NCBI RefSeq assembly: GCF_009914755.1
Contig: NC_060941.1
Origin: the human T2T-CHM13v2.0 reference genome, Homo sapiens
Length of the DNA stretch: 64,000 nucleotides
Reading direction: 5' to 3' (one strand)
The position numbers and the translations under genes are program-made. Position 1 is the first letter of the stretch; each line of letters opens with the position of its first letter. The notes under the pieces are model-generated. The model had not been told where the DNA came from. It saw only the letters and a program-made list of their open reading frames with translations, and searched no databases. Positions 53,640 to 64,000 of this stretch are shown here, one piece after another.

Positions 53640-54985
53640 ATGTAGGGTGACCAAGGAAGGGTCCCCTGAGTGAAGAACTTTGAAGGATAAATCTGGAGAG
53701 CAGGAGAATGAGTCATGAATATAAGAAGAACAGGGTGCTCCAAGCCAAGGAGAGGGTAGGTGCCAGACCCTGAGCTGGAGCCTGCTTCTCATTTTTTTGG
53801 GAAGAGAAAGGAGGTCAATATGGCTGAGTAAAATGAGGAAGGAGAGATGTGGTGGATGATGGGGTCACAGAAACCAAATCCCCTATAGCCTCAAAGCCAT
53901 GGTCAGGACTGTGGCTTTTATTTTGAGTGATTCAGGAAATGAAACTTACATTTTGAAAAGATCACTCTGGCTTTGTGTTTAGAATCAGAACCACCTTTGT
54001 AAAGATCTCCCTCTTGCTGTGTAGAGACAAAGGCAGAAGCCGACAGCCCAATTATGAGGCTCGTTCACAGCCTGGCAAGAGATGACTTGCTTGGACCTGG
54101 GGCAGATGTGCAGGAGGTGAGGATGGTGGGATTATGGCAAAGTACTGGATGTATTTTGAAGGGAGAGCCAGCTTTGAATGATGGGTTAGATGTATGAAAG
54201 AAAGAGAACAAGATTCAGAACATGACAATTTCAAGATGGTGACATCTTAGGAGGGAATAGGCTTGAAGGTGGGCTTTGTTTAAGCCATGTTAAGTTGGAG
54301 ATGTGCGTTAACATTCACATGGAGATAGTGAGTAGGCAATTCAACAAATTAGTTTGGAGTTCAAAGGAAAGATCCACACTAAAGTCAAGAGTATACTCCA
54401 CAGTGTTCAGATCATATTTGGCAGCCTAAGATTGGATGAATGTGCTAAGGGAGTGTACGTGGACAGAGAAGAGTATACTGGACAACTCCTGTGTAAGAAG
54501 TTGGACAGAAATAAGAAATTAACATAGGAAACTGGGTAGGGGATGGCTTGTTAGAGGGGAGTCCTATAAGCAAAGAAAATGGTTCAAGTAAAATAATTCA
54601 GCAATGTAAAATGCCATTGATAGGTCAAATGAAGGCTAAGAAGGGGCCATTGGCTGTCATGTTTGACCTTGACAATAATTGTTTCAATGTAAGTGTGGAA
54701 ACCAAAGCAGGATTGGAAGGGCTCAAGAGAGGATGAGAGGAGAGGATTGAGAGGCACCAAGCACAGACAACTCAAGAGTAGTTTGCTGGAAAGGGTAGAG
54801 AAAAATGGGACAGTAGCTAAAGACAAACATGGCATCAAAAAGATTTTCTCTGGGAAAACATTACTATATGTTGATGAAAATGATCTGGCTGGGAGGAAAA
54901 TAATTGTGATGCTAGAGATGGAGTAGAAATTGCTGAAGCAAATACCTTGAAGAGGTGGGAGGGGTGAGTTCTAGAGCACAATGAA
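53640..54985 (-). mobile_element. Long L2 fragment
   Basis: tgaaaagatcactctggct; ggatgtattttgaagggagagcc; catgttaagttggagatg; gaccttgacaataattgtttcaatg. Confidence 0.78.
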
Positions 54986-55066
54986 AGGAGCAGAGGGAAG
55001 CCCTTCCTTCAGAACCAAGAAATTGAACCTTCTGGATGTGGGCAGGAGCTGCCCATTTCTCTGTAG

Positions 55067-55361
<295 letters not shown>

Positions 55362-56314
55362 CCCATGAACATTTTGAGAGCTGACAAAGTAGATCCCTAC
55401 AAGGAAGGCCAAGATACATTCCCCCACAGAACCACTCGATGCATGTGTAAGTCGACCGTTTGTGATCTGTAATTGCATGCATCTCTCTGAAAAAATTTAG
55501 AACTATGCCTGTTCAGGTTGGTTCTTCCTCTGTTTGCCTGTCTATGGCCACTGGCCCATCTTGGCTGTCCCACAGTCCCCACAGCCAGACACCAAGACAC
55601 TTCCAGATGGGCTGAATCCTGCAAAGAGGACAGGCCCAGGAAGTCAGCAAAGGACATTTTAAAACTATCACTAGAATTTTTCATCAAAGTTATGTAAGTT
55701 TGCAGCTTAGTTGACAATATGTGAATTGAAGAAAATACCTTTTCCTGACTCTTGCCTTTTTCTGACTCTGTAGAAAGGCTCTAGCAAGGTGTTCAGAACC
55801 ACTCTTTCTATCAGAATGGGAAGTTCTTGCATGTATAGCAGTGAAAGAGGGATCCCAACTTAGATATTAGATACACTCCCATACGAGCATTGGAGATGTA
55901 AACAGAAGAACCCAAGTTCACAAAAAGGAAGGAACTGTGAATGAGGAAAGGAAAGGTGCAATCCAGAGGGTCTGAGGGATGCTATTAAATGATGTTGTAT
56001 CTGGGGACCTAAGGATATCCCTCCCTCCAAACCTATACATCTATCTATCTATATCTATAAATTGTTATATAATCATTAGGGTTTGGTCCAAGCCTCAATG
56101 TAATAATCTGATAAGCTGGTTTGGGAAGCATGACTAGTAATGGGGATTCTTATTTCCCTAAGTATCAAATAATCTCAGCCTAAAGTAGACTATGAGGCCT
56201 GCTCTGTATAATCCCCCTTCTCCCAATTCCCCACAATACTGCCCCAATACAACCACATATTCTAGAGCTAACTTTAAATGTCAGTGCCAGAGAATTCCAG
56301 AAGGTTTTGTTTAA

Positions 56315-57600
56315 AAACCATTTATTCAGGCCTTACTATATACTAAGCACTCTTCTAAATGCTTAAAACACCAGAGAGTTGCGTAAGATCCTTGTTTTCA
56401 AGGAGTTTACAGATTGGAATAGGGCGGGGACACGTAGCAGACATATAAACAGATAAAGTGAGCGTCACATGGCAAGAGAGAGACTTACAGTCTCAGGCGG
56501 TCGTGGGAGCACAAAGAAGAGGTCCCAAGGCCAGGATGTTGGGAGACTGAGGGACAGACATGTAGGGCACTTAGGAGGCTTTCTAGAGCCAGAGATGAAT
56601 CTCCCAGGCTGAGCAGACAAAGGAGAGTGTTGCTGGCAGATAATCATGGGGATGTCACAGTAAGTTTGGTGTTCTTGGAGCAGAAGCAGCAGCTAGGAAG
56701 AACCAGGATTAGGGCTGAAGACATCACCCTGGGCCATATTCCAGGGCAGTCTATGGGAAGAGCTTTATCTTTGTCTCTTAGTATTTGTTTTCTATCTCTG
56801 CTGTAACAAATTTACTACAAGCTTAGGATTTAAACCACGTAAATTTATTATCTTATTCATCTGTAAGTCATATGCTCAGCACAGGTCTCACGGGTCTAAA
56901 CTCAAGCTCTAGGTAAGGATTTGTTTCCTTGCTCACTGGGGCTGTTGGCAGGATCCACTGCCTTGCAGTTCTAGGACAGAGATCCCCCATTTTCTTGCTG
57001 GCTGTAAGCTGACATCCCCTGCTTCTAGAGGCTGCCACATTTCTTGGACTGTGGTTCCCTTTCTCCATCTTCAAAACAACTAATCACAGGTTGAATGCCT
57101 GTTAAGTCATATTTCTGTGAGCCATCTTCTGCTACTCTCTTCTACTCCTGTGATTAGATTGGGCTCACATTATCCAGGATAATCTACCTATTTTAAGGTC
57201 GGCTGATTAGAAATCTCAATTCCATCTATAAACTTAATTCTCCTTTTCCATGTAACCTAATATGGTCTTATGTTCTGGGGATTAGGACATCTTTAAGAAG
57301 CCATTATGCTGCCAAGCACACTACACATAGTAGAGAACCATGGAAATATTTTAAGCAGGGTTATAGGGAGGATACATATAGGTATTGGTCAGGGAAGATT
57401 CATGTGCTGACAATGTAGACCATCTTGTGGGGAGAGATTACATTTTTGAATGCCTATTATAATCATCAGATGACATATAAGATAGGTCTATATTAATGCA
57501 GTGACAGCTGAATGCAATAGTGTGTCTAGCAAGACCCACTGATTGGATAGATGTAGGGAAGGGGGGACTATAGGAGAAAGAAGTTAGAGCATGATAGCTC
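56315..57600 (-). mobile_element. L2 interrupted by an MLT1D-like LTR
   Basis: catttattcaggccttactatatactaagcact...ttcaaggagtttacaga; resumes at gaaccatggaaatattttaagcaggg. Confidence 0.65.
56779..57320 (-). mobile_element. MLT1D-like LTR
   Basis: ctgctgtaacaaatt...aggtcggctgattag...ggattaggacatcttt...gccattatgctgcc. Confidence 0.8.
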
Positions 57601-59427
57601 TAGGGAGGATGGGAGCTGGCAATGAGAAGAGTTGTCCCATGAGACAGAATTTGGAAGTGTTACCAACAGTAGCCTGAAGCAGGTCTGCCATGCCTATTAC
57701 AGAGTTGATAAGAACAAGGCAGTGCCTGGCTTGAAGAACATAAGATACTTCTCAGTTTATCAAAATAGAGACTTGCATTCAAGGGAATAAAATAAAAGGT
57801 GGCAAAAGATTAAGCATAGGAATGAGGTAAGTCCTCAATAAAAGCACAAGGTTAGCCCTGGACTGGAAGCAAGATAGTCTTGACCCTTAGGAACCTGACT
57901 ACTAAGTTCTATCTCCTTAAAGGGCCTTTAGCAGCAGCACTTTGACCTAGGAGGCTTGGATGGGGCTGAGTTTGTGGTCAAAGTCAAGTGGCTGCAGCTG
58001 TAAGAACTGGAGGGCCATGGGAGCAAAGTGCCTGTCTGTTAAACCTCCTGCTCTCAGTGAGGGTCACCCAGGGAAGATTTTGATAGTTGCTTAGACCCCT
58101 TGCCTCCTGGCCTTCTACCATCTGTGTGCTCCTGAAATCAAATCACGACTGTTTGGATTTGGGGAAGTTGTCTGTCCTCCCTAATGGGTTGTAAGAAGAT
58201 GCTTCATATGACTTCAGAAGACTTGATATTTAATGCTTAGTATTCAGAGAATTGGTCAGTTGTGAACCGGTGAATCCTGTCATTGGTTTGTCCAGCCTTT
58301 CAAGGTATGCTAATGTGCCAGTATAGTTGAATTCATTTATTCATACATTCATTTACTTAACAGATATTTCTTGACTACCTCCTATGTATGAGGCATTACA
58401 CTTTTATCATTAAAGGGTCATTCCTAATACAGTTCTTTTTGTTGTTCAGATTAACCATATTATGTAATTCCATGCAGGATCTGGAAAATTTATAAGCTCC
58501 TTTCTTATCAGGCTGTCTAATGAACCTGATTTTTGTTCATATAAGCTTTAAGAGGTTATTTTAAAAGTGTTGGACTTGGAGCCAAGAAACTCTGAATTTG
58601 ATTATGAATTGGTAACTTCTCGCAAACTGAGAGCCTCAGTCAAAAATTATTTTAGCCTCAGCCATAGGTAAATCTTGGATGGGAAAACCCTCTTGGCAAA
58701 TGGTTGTGAGGCACAAATGAAATACTATTATTGCTATTATTATCAAATCAAAGCAGCACACAGAATCCGATTTGAAGCTAAACCACACTAGGCTGATAGC
58801 CCAAGGCACTTTCCATTGCTCCTTACTTTGCTGGCTTCTTTGGCTTCAGCCTGTCTGCTGTCATGTATAATATGTTCCCATCAGGACACCGATACCAAAT
58901 GGTCAATTCCAAGGAGAAGTGTGTGTGTAAGAGTGAGGATGAGCATTCCTCATCCTGCACAATGCCAGAAGGAGGTGTCATGGAAAGAGCATCAGCAAAG
59001 GAGTCCAGAGCTTGAGACCTAGTGCTGACTTAACCTTGGGAAACTGTGCCTCAATTTTCTAATCTGCACAATGAAAGATAATGCCTAATTCATGAGGTTG
59101 CCATGAGAAGGAAGTAAAATGATGTATGTCAAAATAATGAAATATACAATGTTTAGTAGCTATTGGACAAGGTAGGAGTTGCTGGAGCTGCCAGTCCCTA
59201 CCACTTCTCAGCTTCAAGCTTCAACAAGATATCACAGCATAAGGATTCATGAGAATAGGTGCAACACACTACCTTCAACACACTGCAGCCACCTCTGTTT
59301 GCTCACTGGAGAAAGGTGGAGTTTGTCTACAAAAAAATGTCCCCCAACGATGTCTATAATATGTTAGCTTTGATATGTTCTTTACTCCTCTCAAAGTAGA
59401 TGGTCCACTGGTTTAAAACACTGTGAT

Positions 59428-59543
59428 ATGCCTGTAATCCCAGCACCTTGGGAGGCTGAGGCAGGAGGATTACTTGAGGCCAGGAGTTCAACACTAGCCT
59501 GAGCAGCATAGTAAGACTCGTCTCTACAAATTTTAAAAAATTA
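59428..59543 (+). mobile_element. Alu left-arm/FLAM fragment
   Basis: atgcctgtaatcccagcac...cttgaggccaggagttc...tctctacaaa. Confidence 0.85.
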
Positions 59544-59692
59544 TTTACTCTGAAGGGTCCTTCCTTTTTTCCTTGTTTCCCTTTTCTGTGAGTGTCAACA
59601 CTTTATTTTGGTGTAAACACAGGGATCTAGAAAGTATATGGTATTTGAAATTTTCTTGGTTCCTGAGCTAATCTGTGTAAATTCAAATATTT

Positions 59693-59996
59693 AAAGGGTA
59701 GGGGGGAAGGGAGAAATAGGGAGAGATTTGTTTAAGCTTACAAAATTAAGCTATATAGGAGGAATAAGGTCTAGAGTTCTTTACCACTATAGGATGACTA
59801 TAGGTAATAATAACATATTACCTAGTTTCAAATAGCTAGAAGAATGAATGTTGTTGAATGTTCTCAACAAAGAAATGATAAACATTTGAGATGGTAGATA
59901 TGCTAATTACCCTGATCTGATCACTATACATGTATGCAACATGACTATGTACCCTATAAATATGTACAATGTATGTCAATTAAAATTTTTTAAAAA
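59693..59996 (+). mobile_element. L1MA 3' UTR fragment
   Basis: ataggaggaataag...caaatagctagaaga...atatgctaattaccctgatctgatc...tatgtcaattaaaa. Confidence 0.85.
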
Positions 59997-61689
59997 GCAC
60001 TCATAAATGTATAGGTAATAAGACAGGATTTTGGTGGAGGTGGCCATGTTAAACTTTGTGAATCTTACAACGTTCCCTGGGATAAAAAGGAAATTATTTG
60101 CCCTAAGAAGTTGAAGGGATGTTTTTGGACTGAGACTAATAATTATTCAAAAAAGTGAGGTTAACTTGACAGATTCCTGTCTGCTGAACAGGGAGCCTGC
60201 CCTTTTCTCACCTCCAGAGAAGTCATTTTTCATCAGAGGAGAAACCTGTCACACCTTTGGGCTGCCAAGCCATAAATCTTCTTTCCACCAACTTGCTAAT
60301 AGTTTTTCTTGCCACCTTTCCTGATAATCCAGAGTAATTGTTATGAAATATGGGCTTGTTCTGTCTTTCCCAGCTGCGGCCTCCCTGTCCTCTGCAGGTC
60401 CTGGGGAGAGGCAGAGGCTCTGTGTTTGTCACTGGCTGTTCGTTAGAAGCACAGCAGATGCTGTTACCAAAAACGTGACATCCCGATGAAACTGGAGGCG
60501 CCACACAGCAGCCCTGAAATATGAGAGCCAATGGCCCCTTCTGCCCGAAACCTATCAGCAAGTGGCCTCTGGTTTATTTAGAGCATTCTGTTTCCTGGAG
60601 AGACAGAAAGAAAATGACCCCTGTTTAATCACAGGGATGAAAACATTCTTTCATGCATGCTTTTACTTATTCCACAGATATGTATTGAGCATCTGAAATT
60701 GTTCGGCAGAGTACTGGGTTAAGCTTGAGGAAAATGAGCAATTCAACATATACTTGCATACTTGTACATCTTATAGAAGTCATAGTTAACTGAAAGGATA
60801 TTTTCTCTGGGAAGAGTATCAGGAGACATTGAGCTGGGGGAATTCAGAAAGTGTGGCGTTAAGTCTCCCCTGTTCCTTATGAAGAATATGCTCAGATCGG
60901 TGGCTAGGGGATTTTGCCTGCCCAATACGAGCTCCTGCCAGATCTTGGAAAGCCCTGAGAAAGACTTGCCAAGCCTCTTAGACTCCCTACATGGACCCTG
61001 AAATCTCAACATGGTTACCTTAATGGTTGCAAAACTGCCTTTCAAGTCTCATGTCCATGATACATATCTGGGATGAGGGTCCAAGTTCTTGGTATGCACC
61101 TACATGCCATCTTGCTACATTGCCCACAAGTTCTGTAACAGTGACTGGACACCATAGATGCACAATTACCGTGTAACTCTGCAATGATAGATGTCAGTGG
61201 ACATGTACAGTTAATTGTCTACGAGGCCTAAGCAGTACCAATTATGGCAGATGAATGCAAAGCCTCGAAAAGCACCTACAATTGCCATAGTGCTAATCAC
61301 TGGAGATATAAAGTTGAAGACAATCCATGCCCCAGAAACTCAAATAAAAAAGGTTTGTAAACTGTAATTGACCTTAAAAAAAGAAACATCCTTGGCAGAT
61401 CTAGCCCTGGTCTTAGTTCATGGATCCCCTGGCTAAACATGTACCTCAGTCTTGGCCGCTGGCTGCCCAGTAACTGAACATTGGCAAGTTAGGGTCTGAT
61501 AGGATTACTTTCACAGTTGCTTGAACAGTGATATCTGCATTCTAGCTAAAACCTAACCATTAAATTCCAAGTTTCATAGTTTAATATAGGGAGTGCATTG
61601 AGTCAAGTGACACAACACTAAATAAGTTTTGAGTTTCAGATGTCTATTTCTAAGAAAATGCCAGTACTTGAATTAATCAACTAAAATTC

Positions 61690-63860
61690 ATCAAGCTCCT
61701 CCCCTATGCCAGCCATTGGGCCAATAGCTTTATATGAGTTGTCTCTTTTAATTCACAAACCTCTGAAGTAAATGCTGTCATTTTCTCCCATTTTATAGAT
61801 GAGAAAAACATGAGTTCCAAGGCAGAACTCAAGGCCAGGATGTGTGTGCCTTGAGCCTCCCACCCTAATTCTCATGATAAAACATTTCCTCATGCAAGAT
61901 TTATTTGGCTGTGTTACACCTTTACTTGATGAATGCTGACACATTCTGGCAGGTTGTGGTACATGTACATAATTTATTCAGCAGAATAGTGGGGGCCAGA
62001 GTGGGAGACACAGATGGCAGGACACAAAGATAACATTAGCAAAGAAATATAAAAATAATGATCAGATATCACTTTGGGTCAATTTCCCTACCATCTTTCT
62101 TATACAATGCTATTGAATAGAATTTGAAATGCAAATCTCCTTTCTTATCCTTGGGATGAACAAAGATAAGAGTTTTTAAATTTACAGAAAAGAGTAGGAG
62201 AAATAAGATATAAAGTCAGAATTCTACCCAAAAATCTCGGTTGGTTAAACATGGTCGCATTCTTGCAGCTTTCTTACCTTTACAGGTGATGTTTTTCTTT
62301 GTCTGGATCACCCATTTTACCCCTTCCTGCCTTTCTCCTCCAGGACAACTCCTTCTCATTCTTCAAGATTCAGCCTAAGGGTCACATCCTCCAAAAAGCC
62401 ATCCCTAAGTCCTAGACTTAATCAAATGGCCCTCCTTTGTTTTCCCTCGTCCTCATAGGATTATAATTGTTTATGTGCTTTGCTGCATTGTACATTGGCC
62501 TATGAACTCCTTTAATATACAAAATGTTTTGCTCCTATTTATATACTTAACATGTAACAGAGTGGCAAATATCTCGTAGGTGCTGAATGAATGAATACAT
62601 TCTGACACTGACCAGGTAGGTTTGGTCTGCTTATAACCAGAGTAGTCTACAAGCTTAAACTCAGTTACCAGTCACTTGATTGTAGCACGACACACACTCA
62701 CCCTCACAATTGGGAATGGAACTCATCATCTAACAGAAACTTAAACCTAGAAGGGATAACAAAGACAAGCTAGTTCAGTCTTTGCTTTATATAGATAAAG
62801 AAGCAGAAGCCAAATGGATTGAAGAGCTTTCCCCAAGGCCTCCCAGATGGTCAAGGATAGAACTGGGAATGAAACCTAGGATTTCTGACTGCTAAGCCAG
62901 AAGTCTTTGCACTTTGCACCAGAATTCTCTCCTACTGGAGGGTCCTTCCTAGACTGCCCCGTAAGGACAGCATGTCCTTCCCAATGGACACTAAAGAGAT
63001 TCAAAAGGTAATCAATGAAAAGCAAATTTATTTTCTCACATATTGTTGAAAAAAACTCACAAAGTCTCTGATCCCTCATAGTGCTCAACCACTGGTTCTG
63101 AAACATGCTTCAAAAACTCAGTTATTCCAGGGTATTGTTTATTTTTTGTCAAATAATTTTGTGCACAAAAGACATTTAAAGGGCCTTGCAGACAGCATGT
63201 TGTCTTTGAATGGACAGCCAAGGACATCTGCCATAAGGCAAATTCTCATTTCAGTCAGAATGCTGACTTCCAATAAATCTATTCAAAGGAATAAAGTGAC
63301 TGTTCTGCCTTTTGGTAAAATACACTCACAGCTCACTAAGTATTTTGTTGATAGAATGTTAGCAAGTAGTGACAGAGAGCCAGGCAGCCTGAAGCCAGTG
63401 AAATGTAGCATAAGATCTACAAGTCACTAAGAATTTAAAACTTTGTTTAGGTGGCACTAGTAAGTCTAGTATGGTCTTCACAACACTTCGGTAGAGACAG
63501 TACTGGTGCATTGGAAAGAACAAGGGCTGGGAAAGTGGAAAGATCTGTTTAAGTCCAGCTCCATCATGTATTACCTCTGTGGCCTCCAACAAGAGGTTTC
63601 ATCCTCTTAGTCCCATCCATCCATTCAAGAAATATTTAATTAGTATCTATTTAGTGCAAGCTCTTTTCTAGGCACTGGATGGGTAGCAGTTAAAAAAAAA
63701 AGAGAGAGAGAGAAAACTACTCTCATCAAGCTTACATATTTATAAAGGGAGACATCTGAAGAAAAACAACACATGCACAAATAGAAAATGCATGTTATTC
63801 AGTGACTAGTATTATGGAGAAAAATACAGTTGGGGAAGAGAGAGTGCTGAGAAAAAAACA
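61690..63860. mobile_element. Scattered MIR (~61690-61870, 62720-62920) and L2 (~62310-62600 +, 63612-63860 -) fragments
   Basis: cccattttatagatgagaaaa; taggtgctgaatgaatgaat; ccattcaagaaatatttaattagtatct. Confidence 0.6.
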
Positions 63861-63861
63861 A

Positions 63862-64000
<139 letters not shown>

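Overview
Primate (most likely human) non-coding genomic DNA, AT-rich and dominated by interspersed repeats. I recognise no cellular protein-coding exon, rRNA, tRNA or CRISPR array. The long ORFs in the track are LINE-1 or MaLR remnants and the rest look like chance ORFs. Main landmarks: a full-length but mutationally dead L1PA3 on the + strand (24520-30784, 16-bp TSD, ZNF93-target segment retained, 71-bp duplication in ORF1); a complete THE1B MaLR provirus on the - strand (14135-16449, TSD TACCC); a window-truncated THE1D-like provirus; THE1C/MSTB/MLT1/MLT2/MER68/LTR33 LTRs; a twin-primed 5'-inverted L1PA7-like insertion; nine Alu/Alu-monomer pieces; and many old L1M/HAL1, L2, MIR and hAT fossils. 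I found no evidence for a new multi-gene system. The best leads are (i) an extended antisense L1 ORF0 frame that exits the element and ends exactly on a consensus splice donor, (ii) a 60-bp templated insertion copied from ~700 bp away with iterative micro-repeats, (iii) a tiny TSD-flanked ATTAAA/hairpin/A-run insert of unknown origin, and (iv) perfect recent tandem duplications. Subfamily names come from my recall of consensus sequences, not a database search; boundaries of old elements are approximate.
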